Source of the DNA: Chelatococcus sp.
GTDB lineage: Bacteria; Pseudomonadota; Alphaproteobacteria; Rhizobiales; Beijerinckiaceae
Reading direction: 5' to 3'
NCBI GenBank assembly: GCA_003248805.1
Contig: QFQY01000014.1
Span: 41,000-104,999 of the forward strand
DNA: 64,000 bases
In this document: one piece after another, positions 27,362 through 39,311 of the stretch
Layout of the letters: each line of letters starts with the position of its first letter
Numbering within the stretch: position 1 is the first letter of the stretch
Made by a program: the position numbers and the translations under genes
Notes under the pieces: model-generated
Seen by the model: the letters and a program-made list of their open reading frames with translations, nothing else
Databases searched by the model: none
Told to the model about the DNA's origin: nothing

Positions 27362-28915
27362 ATGACCGCATTTCCTTCCACGCGCCGCGAAATGCTCGGG
27401 GGCGCTCTCGCCGCCGGGCTCGGCCTGTCGGCGCCACGCGCCTTCGCGCAAAGCGCGACGGCCGGCGAGCTGCGGATCGCCCAGCCCTGGGAATTCAAGA
27501 CCCTGCAGCCCGACGAGGTCGGTTTCACGTTCACCCGCGCCGGGGTCGTCGAAACGCTCGTGGCCTATGGCAGCGACGGCGCGATCGAGCCCACCCTGGC
27601 CTCGTCCTGGACCGTCAGCGACGACGGGCTCGTCTGGCGCTTCACCCTGCGCGACGCCGTCTTTCATGACGGGACGAAGCTCGATGCCGCCGTCGCCAAG
27701 GCGTCCTTCGAGCGGCTGTTGCCGCGCTCGCTCTATCTCAGGCGCACGGGCATCGTCGGGATCGACGCGGATGGGAGAGACCTCGTCCTGCGGCTCGAGA
27801 AGCCTTTCGGGCCCTTCCTGGCGTATCTCGTCGACAGTTCCGCCGCGGTCCTGGCCCCCGGCGCCTTCGATGCCGCCGGCAATGTCACCGCCATGATCGG
27901 CACCGGCCCGTTCCGGATCGCCTCCATCGACCTGCCGCGTGCCATGACGCTCGCGCGCCACGGCGACTACTGGGGCCAGAAGGCGCATGTCGAGACGGTG
28001 CGCTACGATGCCGTCGTCAATGGCGATACGCGCAGCAACATCGCGGCCGCCAGCGATGCCGACGTCGTCTTCAACCTGACCGCCCCGGGAGTCGCCCGCG
28101 CGACGGCCGCCGGGATGAAGGTCTGGCGCACGATCATGCCGCGCGTGCACATCCTGATGCTGAACTGCGCGAAGCCGCAATTCACGGACGTCAGAACGCG
28201 AAAGGCCCTGAGCATGGCTCTGGACCGGCCGGGCATTGCCGGCGGCATCATGCGCAATCCGAAGCTCGCCGCGACGCAGTACCTGCCGCCCACGCTGCCG
28301 GATTGGCACTTCGCCGACCTGCCGCCGCTGGTCCAGGACGTCACCGGGGCCAATGCCCTGCTCGATGCGGCCGGATGGGCGCGGGGGCCGGACGGGGTCC
28401 GCGTCAAGGACGGCGTGCGCTTCGCTGGCACGATCCGCACTTTTCCGAACCGGCCCGAGCTGCCCGTGATCGCCAGCGCCATGCAGGCGCAGTTCAAGGC
28501 GGTCGGCTTCGATCTCGCGATCAGCGTCGGCGAATGGCAGGCGATCTACGAGGCGCAGAAGGACGGCTCGCTCGATCTCGGCCTGAGTTCGCGGAACCTC
28601 GTGATGGTGCCCGATCCGATCGGCACGATCGCGCTCGACTACGCCTCGGACATCGTCGCCACCGGCGGCAGCGGAACGACCGGCTGGCGCCATGACGGCC
28701 TGCGCCGCGATGTCGACCAGTACATGCGCGAAGCCGACGACGGCCGGAGCAAGGCTCTCCGTCGCGGCATCGCAGGGCTGATCCATGACGAACTGCCGAT
28801 CATCCCGGTCGTCTGGTACGACCAGATCGTCGCGACCCACCCTCGGATATCGGGCTTCGTCAACGATCCGCTCGAGCAGCGCTATTTCCTGAACCAGGTC
28901 CGGATCGCGTCGTGA
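27362..28915 (+). CDS. ABC transporter substrate-binding protein, family 5 (peptide/nickel/opine type), Tat-type signal
   Basis: 517 aa. N-terminus MTAFPSTRREMLGGALAAGLGLSAPRAFAQ, then …WRFTLRDAVFHDGTKLDA…GTGPFRI…. Confidence 0.85.
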   Translation: MTAFPSTRREMLGGALAAGLGLSAPRAFAQSATAGELRIAQPWEFKTLQPDEVGFTFTRAGVVETLVAYGSDGAIEPTLASSWTVSDDGLVWRFTLRDAVFHDGTKLDAAVAKASFERLLPRSLYLRRTGIVGIDADGRDLVLRLEKPFGPFLAYLVDSSAAVLAPGAFDAAGNVTAMIGTGPFRIASIDLPRAMTLARHGDYWGQKAHVETVRYDAVVNGDTRSNIAAASDADVVFNLTAPGVARATAAGMKVWRTIMPRVHILMLNCAKPQFTDVRTRKALSMALDRPGIAGGIMRNPKLAATQYLPPTLPDWHFADLPPLVQDVTGANALLDAAGWARGPDGVRVKDGVRFAGTIRTFPNRPELPVIASAMQAQFKAVGFDLAISVGEWQAIYEAQKDGSLDLGLSSRNLVMVPDPIGTIALDYASDIVATGGSGTTGWRHDGLRRDVDQYMREADDGRSKALRRGIAGLIHDELPIIPVVWYDQIVATHPRISGFVNDPLEQRYFLNQVRIAS

Positions 28916-28946
28916 ACGCCGCCGGAGGCATCGCTGGCGCGGCGGC

Positions 28947-29900
28947 ATGACGCCGCTCGCACGGCTCGTGATCTCGCGCCTGGGCCAGGCGGTCGCGACG
29001 GCGTGGCTGCTCGCGACGCTCTGTTTCGGCTTCATGCATGCGCTGCCGGGGGACGCCGCGCTGCGGATCGCCGGCGCGCGGCTGGGCGAGGACCGCGTGA
29101 CGGCGGAGGCGCTCGCGCGCATCCGCGCCGAGGAAGGGCTCGATCGGCCGCTGGCGATGCAATATGCGACCTGGCTCGGCCGGCTCGCGCGCGGCGATCT
29201 CGGCAACTCGCTGGTCTCGCGCCAGCCCGTCTGGCAGGAGCTCGCGGATCGTGGGCGCTACACGCTCGGCCTCGGCGCGCTCGGCTGGCTGCTCTCCTAT
29301 GCGATCGCCCTGCCGCTCGGCCTCTGTTGCGGGTTCCGGCCCGGAGGCTGGCTTGACCGGACGACGAATGCCTGCGCCGTCGCCCTGGCCTCGCTGCCGA
29401 GCTTCCTGATCGGCATCGGGCTGATCTCCGTCTTCGCCATCGCGCTGCGCTGGCTGCCGCCGGCCGGCTTCCGCACCACGGCCCATATGGTGCTGCCGGC
29501 CCTGACCTTGGCGCTCGGCCTCGCGGCCTTCTCGGTGAGGATCGTGCGCAATGCGGTGCTCGAGGTCCGCGGCGCCTTCTTCATGACGTTCGCCCGCTTG
29601 CGCGGCCATTCCACGCTCGCCGCCTTCAGGCAGCATGGCGTGCGCAACGCGGCGATCCCGATCACGACCTTCGCCGCGCTCCAGTTCGCCTATGTCGTGG
29701 ACGGCTTCGTCATCGTCGAGACCTTGTTCAACTATCCCGGCCTCGGCGATCTGCTCGTCCGGTCCCTGCTCGCGCGGGACGTGCCCGTCATCATGGGCGC
29801 GGCGCTGGTCATCGGGCTCTTGTATGCGGGGGTCAACCTGCTGGCCGACATCGCCTGCCTCAAGCTCGATCCGCGCCGTGCGGTGGAGGGCGCGGCATGA
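28947..29900 (+). CDS. ABC transporter permease (DppB/NikB-like)
   Basis: 317 aa. MTPLARLVISRLGQAVATAWLLATLCFGFMHALPGD… and a C-terminal …LLADIACLKLDPR. Confidence 0.85.
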   Translation: MTPLARLVISRLGQAVATAWLLATLCFGFMHALPGDAALRIAGARLGEDRVTAEALARIRAEEGLDRPLAMQYATWLGRLARGDLGNSLVSRQPVWQELADRGRYTLGLGALGWLLSYAIALPLGLCCGFRPGGWLDRTTNACAVALASLPSFLIGIGLISVFAIALRWLPPAGFRTTAHMVLPALTLALGLAAFSVRIVRNAVLEVRGAFFMTFARLRGHSTLAAFRQHGVRNAAIPITTFAALQFAYVVDGFVIVETLFNYPGLGDLLVRSLLARDVPVIMGAALVIGLLYAGVNLLADIACLKLDPRRAVEGAA

Positions 29901-30739
29901 GCGCGCTCGCCGAGCCCGCCGCCGCGGACCGCCGCCTGGGCCTGACGACCGGGCTCTGCCTGCTCGGAGCCGTCGCCGGCCTGGCGCTGCTGGGGCCGCT
30001 CGTCGTCGCGAACGACCCCAACGCCCAGGATCTGGTGCGGATTCTCGAAGCGCCAAGCTTCGCTCACCCGCTCGGCACGGACCATGTCGGACGCGACGTG
30101 CTGGCGAGGCTGGTGCATGGGGCTGCCCGCTCGCTGAGCCTCGGCCTCGTCTCCGTTGCCCTCGCGACGGGGGCGGGCACGGCCCTGGGCCTGCTCGCCG
30201 CTCATTCGGGGCGGCTCGCCGACAGCCTGCTCATGCGCCTGGCCGACCTGCTGCTCGCCTTCCCCGGCATGCTCCTGGCGCTGGTCATCGCCGGATTTCT
30301 GGGTGGCGGCGTGCTGCCGCTGCTCGTGGGGATCACGCTGTCGATCGTGCCCCAGTTCATGCGGATGGCACGCGCCGTCGCGCTCGGCGTCCTCGTCGAG
30401 TCGCATGTCGAGGCGGCGCGCCTCGCGGGCTTTTCCACGCGCAGGATCCTCGTCCGTCATGTCCTGCCGCCGGTCTGGCGACAGATCGCGACGCTCGCCA
30501 CGCTCGGCCTCGGGAGCACCATCATGTCGATCTCGGTCCTCGGCTTCCTGGGGCTCGGCCTCCAGCCGCCGACCCCGGAATGGGGTGCGACGATCAGCGA
30601 GATGCTGCCCTATCTGTCCGAAGGGCCGATCCAGCTCGCCGCACCCTGCCTGGCCATCTTCGCCTCGGTGCTCGGAGCGACCCTGGTCGGCCAGGCCCTG
30701 TCCGAGCAGCCGGCGACCTCGGCGGGCGAGGCGCGATGA
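29897..30739 (+). CDS. ABC transporter permease (DppC/NikC-like)
   Basis: 280 aa. Overlaps the previous stop (ATGA). …HPLGTDHVGRDVLARLVHGA… motif. Confidence 0.85.
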   Translation: MSALAEPAAADRRLGLTTGLCLLGAVAGLALLGPLVVANDPNAQDLVRILEAPSFAHPLGTDHVGRDVLARLVHGAARSLSLGLVSVALATGAGTALGLLAAHSGRLADSLLMRLADLLLAFPGMLLALVIAGFLGGGVLPLLVGITLSIVPQFMRMARAVALGVLVESHVEAARLAGFSTRRILVRHVLPPVWRQIATLATLGLGSTIMSISVLGFLGLGLQPPTPEWGATISEMLPYLSEGPIQLAAPCLAIFASVLGATLVGQALSEQPATSAGEAR

Positions 30740-32169
30740 GCGGCTGCGCGCTTCGTCTTTCGGGCCTGACGATCCGGGACGCCCGCGGAACCGCGCTTGT
30801 CGCCGGCGCGACCCTGGAGGTGCCGTTCGGCCAGGCTCTCGTCCTGATCGGCGAGAGCGGCAGCGGCAAGAGCCTGATCGCCCAGGCCGTGCTCGGACTC
30901 CTGCCGGAGGGCTTCTCGGCCGAAGGCGAGATCGCGATCGGACGCCACCGGCCGGTCGCGGCAGGCGACAGGGCGGCGCTGCGCCGCTTCTGGGCCCGTG
31001 AGGTGATGCTGTTGCCACAGGAGCCGCGGGCCGCCTTCGACCCGACGATGCGCATCGTGCGCCAGATCGCCCATGCCCGCCACGGGGCCCTGGAGCCGGT
31101 CGAGGCGCTGGCCGCCGTCGATCTGACTCCGGGGGATGGCGGGCGCTACCTCTTCGAGCTCTCGGGCGGCATGGCCCAGCGCGCGCTGTTCGCGGCCGTC
31201 CTGACCGGGTCCGCCCCGCTGGTGATCGCCGACGAGCCGACGAAAGGGCTCGACCAGCCCAGGATCGCGCAGACCGTCGCCCTGATCCGCGAGCTGCTGC
31301 GGCGCGGCCGGGCGCTGGTGATCGTGACCCATGATCTCGGGCTCGCGCGGGATCTGGGCGGGGCCGTCGCCGTCATGCGAGAGGGGCGAATCGTCGAGAC
31401 CGGGCGGAGCGAAACCGTCTTCTCCGCGCCGAGACATCCCTATACCAGGGCCTGGCTCGATGCGGACCCGACCCGGTGGCGCCCGTGCTGGTCCTGCCTC
31501 GCCATGGACGCCCCCGTTCTCGCCGCCCATGGCCTGAGTTTCGGCTATCGGCGCTCGGCGCCGCTGTTCCGGGATCTCGATGTGCATGTCCCGCGCGGGG
31601 GCGTGCTGGGGCTCAGGGGGCCGAGCGGCTCGGGCAAGTCGACGCTCGGCAACATCCTCCTCGGCCTGCAGGCGCCGCGGCAGGGCACGGTGCTGTGGGC
31701 GGGCGTCGATCCCTATCGCACCCCGGCTCTTCGGCAGCGACTGCGCCGCCGATACCAGAAGCTGCACCAGGATCCGGCCACCGTCTTCCTGCCGAACCGG
31801 GCGCTCTCCCGGCAGATCGCGGACCTCGCCGAAGTCGTCCCGGGGCTCGACCTCGACAAGGCGCTGCCGCCGCTGCTCGACCGCCTCAGGCTGAAGCCCG
31901 CCATCCTGTCGCGCTTCGCCTCGGAGGTCTCCGGCGGCGAGGCGCAGCGCGCCGCGCTCGCACGTATCCTGCTACTGGAACCCGAGCTGATCGTCGCGGA
32001 CGAGCCGACCTCCCGCCTCGACCCGCTGGTCCAGCGGGAGACCATGGCGCTCCTGCGCGAGATCGTCGCGGAGAGGCGGATGGGGCTCGTGCTGATCAGC
32101 CACGACACCGCGCTCACGCGGGCGAGCGCGGATGCGGTCATCGATCTCGGATGCGCCGCCGACCGGTAG
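30736..32169 (+). CDS. ABC transporter ATP-binding protein with two fused ATPase domains (DppD-DppF/NikD-NikE type)
   Basis: The 3' part of track ORF 29635..32169, from ATG 30736. Domain 1 has GESGSGKS, LSGGMAQR and ADEPTKGLD. Domain 2 has [17 protein letters not shown] and VADEPTSRLD. Confidence 0.85.
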   Translation: MSGCALRLSGLTIRDARGTALVAGATLEVPFGQALVLIGESGSGKSLIAQAVLGLLPEGFSAEGEIAIGRHRPVAAGDRAALRRFWAREVMLLPQEPRAAFDPTMRIVRQIAHARHGALEPVEALAAVDLTPGDGGRYLFELSGGMAQRALFAAVLTGSAPLVIADEPTKGLDQPRIAQTVALIRELLRRGRALVIVTHDLGLARDLGGAVAVMREGRIVETGRSETVFSAPRHPYTRAWLDADPTRWRPCWSCLAMDAPVLAAHGLSFGYRRSAPLFRDLDVHVPRGGVLGLRGPSGSGKSTLGNILLGLQAPRQGTVLWAGVDPYRTPALRQRLRRRYQKLHQDPATVFLPNRALSRQIADLAEVVPGLDLDKALPPLLDRLRLKPAILSRFASEVSGGEAQRAALARILLLEPELIVADEPTSRLDPLVQRETMALLREIVAERRMGLVLISHDTALTRASADAVIDLGCAADR

Positions 32170-32243
32170 TCCTCTCCGGCCGGGAGCCATCGCGACGAAA
32201 GGCCCCGTCCCGGATCGCGGACGCTGCCGCCCCGGGCGTCGCG

Positions 32244-33212
32244 TCAGGCGGCGTTGCGGAGCAACTGCTGGGAAACCCAGCCATAGGTGTGCTCGAGACC
32301 GACCCGCAGCGCCTGGGTCGGCTCCCAGCCCAGCTTGGCGCGGATTAGACGGTTGTCCGAATTGCGCCCCCGCACCCCCGTCGGACCCGGGATGTGGTTC
32401 TTCTCGATGCGTTTGCCGGCCACGTCCGCAATCATGTCGGCGAGCTGGTTGATCGTCACCATCTCCTCGGAGCCGATGTTCACGGGCTCCTTGTAGTCCG
32501 AGCGCATCAGCCGGATCGTCCCTTCCACGCATTCGTCGACATACAGGAACGAGCGCGTCTGCAGGCCGTCTCCCCAGATGTCGATGGTCCCGCCGTTCGG
32601 CACCGAGGCGATCTTGCGGCAGAGCGCGGCGGGCGCCTTCTCCTTGCCGCCGTTCCAGGTGCCTTCCGGCCCGAAGATGTTGTGGTAGCGGGCGATCCGC
32701 GTGATCATGCCCCGGTTGCGGCCATAGGTCATGTAGAGCCGTTCGCTGAACAGCTTCTCCCAGCCATATTCGCTGTCGGGAGCGGCCGGATAGGCCGAGG
32801 ATTCCTCGCAGTTGGGGTCGTCCGGGTCGACCTGGTTGCGCTCCGGATAGATGCAGGCGGAGGACGAGTAGAAGACGCGCTTGATGTTGCGCTTATAGGC
32901 CGCGTCGAGAACATTGAGGTTGATGCTCGCCGAATTGTGCATGATGTCGGCATCATGCTCGCCAGTAAAAATATATCCGGCGCCGCCCATGTCGGCCGCG
33001 AGCTGGTAGACTTCGTCGAATGATCGGTCGATCACCGACCGTGTGAAGTAGCTGTCGCGCAGATCGCCGACGGCGAAATCATCCGCTTGCGTCTCTGCGT
33101 ATTCATGATGCTTGAGATCGACGCCGCGAACCCAGAAGCCTTCCCGTTTCAGGCGTTTCACGAGATGGCCTGCAATAAATCCACCAGACCCGCACACAAG
33201 AGCCGATTTCAT
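32244..33212 (-). CDS. NAD-dependent epimerase/dehydratase, GDP-mannose 3,5-epimerase-like
   Basis: 322 aa. VCGSGGFIAGHL (Rossmann), …SSACIYP…YGWEKL (YxxxK) …WGDGLQTRSF. It is visibly lower in GC than its neighbours. Confidence 0.8.
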   Translation of the reverse strand: MKSALVCGSGGFIAGHLVKRLKREGFWVRGVDLKHHEYAETQADDFAVGDLRDSYFTRSVIDRSFDEVYQLAADMGGAGYIFTGEHDADIMHNSASINLNVLDAAYKRNIKRVFYSSSACIYPERNQVDPDDPNCEESSAYPAAPDSEYGWEKLFSERLYMTYGRNRGMITRIARYHNIFGPEGTWNGGKEKAPAALCRKIASVPNGGTIDIWGDGLQTRSFLYVDECVEGTIRLMRSDYKEPVNIGSEEMVTINQLADMIADVAGKRIEKNHIPGPTGVRGRNSDNRLIRAKLGWEPTQALRVGLEHTYGWVSQQLLRNAA

Positions 33213-33733
33213 TTTTACAAATTCCCCTGCTCTGAGATCGGCTTATAATTGCCGAGCCGTTTATCGCAGGGATCTCAGTGAAATAAGACTGGCAATTCTG
33301 AACTAGCGCTTCGCAATGGGGTTAGTCTCGAGGAGGGGTATCGGGCCCCCGGCTGGCGACGGCCTCCCGCTCCTTCGGCATCCCGATGATCTGCGCATTC
33401 CTCGGACGGTGACGCTGGTCTCGTCCGTTCCTTGATCGACGGACTTCCACTCGACCCGGAAGGAAGACGAGGGGCGGAGAGACCGTTTGGATACGTCTGG
33501 AGCCTCCCTCGAGACGCCGCTGCCCGGCTCGTCGGAGGAGGGCTCGAATTCTCAAACAGCTCTCAGGTCAGTGGCAGACAAGGCAAAGGATCTGCCGGAA
33601 GCGCAGGATCAGGCGCTCGGCGGCAGCGCGCATCAGCGGGGAGACGCGGACAGGCAAACCGTGATCGACGCGCTGAACACCGCCGAGATCGTTTTGCGAA
33701 TCCTGCTGCTTTGACGGCAGGCCGACCGCAGCG

Positions 33734-34012
33734 CTACTTCGCGCCGCGCTTCTTTCGATCGTCCTTGACCGGCTCCGCCGCAGACTTCGTCGAGCGAGTG
33801 AGCGTCGCGATCGCGAGCGGCGGCTTGCCCGACTTTTCGGCGATGATCTGGTCCTGCTCTGCGATGGCGGTGCGGGCGGGTTCGTCGCCATCGAGCCCGC
33901 CGAGCAGCGCGGTCGGGACGCGCCGATTCGATGTTCTGGATCCGTCTTCATAGACGACGTCGAACATCGTGAACTCGGCATCGAGGGCTTTGGATTTCGT
34001 GCGCTTGGCCAT
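33734..34012 (-). CDS. Small hypothetical protein (92 aa, lysine-rich termini)
   Basis: Clean ORF MAKRTKSKALDAEFTMFDVVYEDGSRTSNRRVP… with GC-rich third codon positions. No family was recognised. Confidence 0.5.
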   Translation of the reverse strand: MAKRTKSKALDAEFTMFDVVYEDGSRTSNRRVPTALLGGLDGDEPARTAIAEQDQIIAEKSGKPPLAIATLTRSTKSAAEPVKDDRKKRGAK

Positions 34013-34231
34013 AGAAGTCTACTGTCTCTCCGACCCCGCTTCCGATCCGGGAGCCTCTGGCTGCCGGCAGCGCCCATGGCTGCAAGCGAATCACCCGGAG
34101 GCTCGACAGGGCGTCATTCCAGCCTGAGCCGGCCCAAGCCCAATCGCACAGGATGTCGGGGGTAAAGGTTGGGGCAGCGCTTGCGCGCCATTCCGTAAAG
34201 ACTGCGGTATCAGTGCCTCACGGAGGGAATT

Positions 34232-34307
<76 letters not shown>

Positions 34308-34418
34308 TCCGGCGCCGCAACCGCGGCGCAGCGCTCTATAGGCGGGAGCGCTCGAAGACTCAAGCGCCGAATGTCATGCTAGCGACATTCTTTTTTCGCC
34401 GCCGCGGGCAGGTCGCCC

Positions 34419-34838
34419 TCAGGGCTCCTCGTCGCCCTCGATATCGCCGTCGATCAGGTCGGCGACGTCGTCGTCGCCTTCCTCGTCTTCCTCGAGGAAG
34501 GTGTCGTCGTCCTCGCCGGCGATGTCGTCCTCGATCTCGATGTCGTCCTCGCTGGTAACGACGGCTTCCTTCTCGGTGGCCTCGGCATCGGCCTCGTCGA
34601 GCGAAACGATCTCGACCGCGCCGTCGGCGGCCTCGGCCTCTTCCTCGTCATCCTCGGGCTTCGCGGCCGCGGCGGCCTTCGCCTGCGGCTCGAACATCGA
34701 ACGCGGGAACGACTGGCCCGTATAGGGCGAGACGATCGGATCCTTGTTCAGGTCATAGAATTTGCGGCCTGTCGTCGGGCAGACACGCTTCGTTCCCAGT
34801 TCCGGTTTCGCCACTGCGTCGGACCTTCGATCTGTCAT
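34419..34838 (-). CDS. FYDLN_acid-family protein (TIGR02300-like; zinc-ribbon N-terminus with acidic tail)
   Basis: 139 aa. GTKRVCPTTGRKFYDLNKDPIVSPYTG, followed by a long D/E-rich tail. Confidence 0.8.
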   Translation of the reverse strand: MTDRRSDAVAKPELGTKRVCPTTGRKFYDLNKDPIVSPYTGQSFPRSMFEPQAKAAAAAKPEDDEEEAEAADGAVEIVSLDEADAEATEKEAVVTSEDDIEIEDDIAGEDDDTFLEEDEEGDDDVADLIDGDIEGDEEP

Positions 34839-34925
34839 GTTCTGGAAAAGCAGGCGCGTCCGTTAGTCGGGGCGCGCCGCCCTGTCAAATGGTGTTTTCG
34901 CCGCTCCCGCCGCAGCGCCGCGTGA

Positions 34926-36991
<2,066 letters not shown>

Positions 36992-37068
36992 GCCTCGGAT
37001 TCGGGCGGGCGCCGCCCAGCTTTGACGCTTGGAACGAATCGAAAGCAAGCGCACACTGCCGTTGCGAC

Positions 37069-37893
37069 ATGACGACGGAGGTGGCGATGCGGCGTTGGCT
37101 GTTCGGTCTCTCGTGTCTGGCGGCAGCTCTGGCGACGAGTTCGCCCGGCGACGCCCAGCAGGCGACGGCGCCTCCCGAGGAGGTCGACGTGGCGCTCGTG
37201 TTGGCCGTCGACGTGTCCTATTCGATGGATCTCGACGAGCTCGCGCTCCAGCGCAACGGCTATATCGAGGCGTTCCGGGCGCGCGAACTGCACGACGCCA
37301 TCGCGAAGGGCGCGCTCGGCAAGATCGCGGTGACGTATTTCGAATGGGCCGGCGGCAATTTCCAGCACGTCATCAGGCCCTGGAAGATCATCGACGGGCC
37401 GGCTGCCGCGATCGCCTTCGCCGAGGAGCTCGGCGAGGCGCCCACCCGGCGCGGACGGCGGACCTCGATCTCGGGCGCCATCGATCTCGGCGTCTCGCTG
37501 CTGGAGCAGTCCAACGTCGTCGCCCTGCGCAAGGTGATCGACATCTCCGGCGACGGCGCCAACAATGACGGGCGCCCGGTCACGGCGGCGCGGGACGAGG
37601 CGAACGCCAAGGGCATCGCGATCAACGGCCTGCCGGTGATGCTGAAGCAGGCCAGCTATTTCGACATCGACAATCTCGACGTCTACTATCAGGACTGCGT
37701 CGTCACCGGCATCGGCGCCTTCGTCATTCCGATCCGCGAGCGCCATCAGTTCGTCGACGCGACGCGCACCAAGCTGCTGCGCGAGATCGCCGAGGCGCCG
37801 CCGGAGGCCACGGTGCAGAAGGCCCAGAGCTCGGCGCCCAACTCCTCCTGCCTCGCGGGCGAGCGCCAGTGGCGCGACCGGATGGGGAATTGA
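37069..37893 (+). CDS. DUF1194-type (vWA-like) secreted protein
   Basis: Signal-like N-terminus, then VDVALVLAVDVSYSMDLDELALQRNGY…ISGDGANNDG…GIAINGLPV. The start is 37069 or the ATG at 37087. Confidence 0.7.
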   Translation: MTTEVAMRRWLFGLSCLAAALATSSPGDAQQATAPPEEVDVALVLAVDVSYSMDLDELALQRNGYIEAFRARELHDAIAKGALGKIAVTYFEWAGGNFQHVIRPWKIIDGPAAAIAFAEELGEAPTRRGRRTSISGAIDLGVSLLEQSNVVALRKVIDISGDGANNDGRPVTAARDEANAKGIAINGLPVMLKQASYFDIDNLDVYYQDCVVTGIGAFVIPIRERHQFVDATRTKLLREIAEAPPEATVQKAQSSAPNSSCLAGERQWRDRMGN

Positions 37894-37901
37894 GTCCGGA
37901 C

Positions 37902-37928
37902 GGCATCCCGGGCGGCGCCCGGGATGCC
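37902..37928. terminator. Strong hairpin between convergent genes (possible bidirectional terminator)
   Basis: GGCATCCCGGGC-ggc-GCCCGGGATGCC forms a perfect 12-bp stem with a 3-nt loop. It lies between the DUF1194 stop (37893) and the HlyD-family stop (37937). There is no clear U-tract. Confidence 0.45.
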
Positions 37929-37936
37929 CGGTCCGC

Positions 37937-39280
37937 TCAGGTCTCGCGGAAGGCGCGGGCCATGCTGTCGCGCAGCGGCTGCATCAGATATTCGAAGAAG
38001 GTGCGCTCGGTCGTCTGGATATAGACCTCCGCCGGCATGCCCGGCGTCGGCTCGAAGCCGCGAACGCCGGCGACGCTCGCGCTCTTGAGCCTGACGCGGA
38101 CGACATAGACGTCGGGCGCCGACGGGGCCGAGCGCATCTTGTCGTCCGGCAAGGCGTCGGCCGAGATGTAGACCACGACGCCCTCGACCATCGGCGTGGT
38201 GCGCTGGTTCAGCGCGGTGAGCCGCACGGCGGCGGTCTGGCTGTGCTTGATCTTGTCGATGTCCTGCGGCCTCACCCGGGCTTCGATGACGAGCTCGTCC
38301 TGCAGGGAGACGATCTCCATGATCGCCTTGCCCGGCTCGATGACGCCACCTGGCGTGTGGTAACGCAGCTTCACGACCGTGCCCTTCACCGGGGCGAGGA
38401 TGCGTGTGCGCTCGAGCTGGTTGCGCATGCCGCGGCTGCGCTCCCGGACGTCGTTGAGCTCCGCGCTGATGTCCTGGAGCTGTTCCGAGGCGACCTTGAT
38501 CGCCTGCTTGCGGACGCCTTCCATCTGCTCGAGCGAACGGGCGATGCGCTCGCGCGAATCGCCGATATCGCCCGTGATGCGCCCGATCTCGCCCTGGATG
38601 TTGGCGGCGCTGCGCTGGAGGGACAGGACCTCGGGCTTGCGGATGTAGCCGCGCGCAAGCAGGGCCGCCTTGCCTTCCAGCTCCTCCTTGAGCAGTTCCG
38701 CCTGGCGATGGAGCGAGGCGACCTGGACCCGACTTCCGGCGATGCGCTCCTCCAGCCCGTCGATGCTCTTCTGGTAGGTGGCGACGTCGCTCGCGATGTT
38801 GGCGCGGCGAGCCTCGAAGGTCGCTCGCTGGGCGGCGAGCAGCGTGGCGATGTCGGAATCGCCGGCAGCCGCAGTGAGATGCGCAGGAAAGACGAGGCTG
38901 TCCTGCCCGGCGACTTCCGCCCGCAGCCGGGCCTCGATCGCCTCGGCGCGCATCTGCCGCAGATGCAGCCGCCGCAGCTCCGCCCGCGGGGAGACGTCGT
39001 CGAGCATGATCAGCGGCTGGCCGCTCTCCACCACATCGCCCTCGCGCACCAGAATCTGGCCGATCACGCCGCCTTCCAGATGCTGGATCGTCTTGTTCTG
39101 GCCGTTTGTGGTGAAGACGCCGGTCGCGATGACGGCGCCCGAGATCGGCGCCGTGTTGCCCCAGACGCCGAAGCCCATCACCGTCGCGGCCAGCACCGCC
39201 ACCCCGCAGAGCTTGGCCCAGCGGGCGTTGCGCGGCACGCCCTGGTACCAGGGCTGGACATCGAGCGTGAGGGCGGACAT
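37937..39280 (-). CDS. Type I secretion system membrane-fusion (periplasmic adaptor) protein, HlyD family
   Basis: 447 aa. One N-terminal TM segment (AKLCGVAVLAATVMGFGVWG), QHLEGGVIGQILVREGDVVESGQPL (lipoyl/barrel hairpin), a long coiled-coil region, and ILAPVKGTVVKL. Confidence 0.9.
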   Translation of the reverse strand: MSALTLDVQPWYQGVPRNARWAKLCGVAVLAATVMGFGVWGNTAPISGAVIATGVFTTNGQNKTIQHLEGGVIGQILVREGDVVESGQPLIMLDDVSPRAELRRLHLRQMRAEAIEARLRAEVAGQDSLVFPAHLTAAAGDSDIATLLAAQRATFEARRANIASDVATYQKSIDGLEERIAGSRVQVASLHRQAELLKEELEGKAALLARGYIRKPEVLSLQRSAANIQGEIGRITGDIGDSRERIARSLEQMEGVRKQAIKVASEQLQDISAELNDVRERSRGMRNQLERTRILAPVKGTVVKLRYHTPGGVIEPGKAIMEIVSLQDELVIEARVRPQDIDKIKHSQTAAVRLTALNQRTTPMVEGVVVYISADALPDDKMRSAPSAPDVYVVRVRLKSASVAGVRGFEPTPGMPAEVYIQTTERTFFEYLMQPLRDSMARAFRET

Positions 39281-39311
39281 CGGCGGGGCCTCCGGCGGGT
39301 TTTCGCTGCTG

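Noticed and set aside
33487-33714. 75-aa plus-strand ORF (TTG start) in the epimerase/tRNA gap.
   Set aside because: It has no SD, a non-ATG start, mixed third-position bias and no recognisable motif. Support is insufficient to call it a gene.
37003-37017. Short hairpin GGGCGG-gcg-CCGCCC followed by AGCTTTG after cmk, considered as an intrinsic terminator.
   Set aside because: The stem is only 6 bp and the T-tract is weak. It is not strong enough to annotate as a feature.
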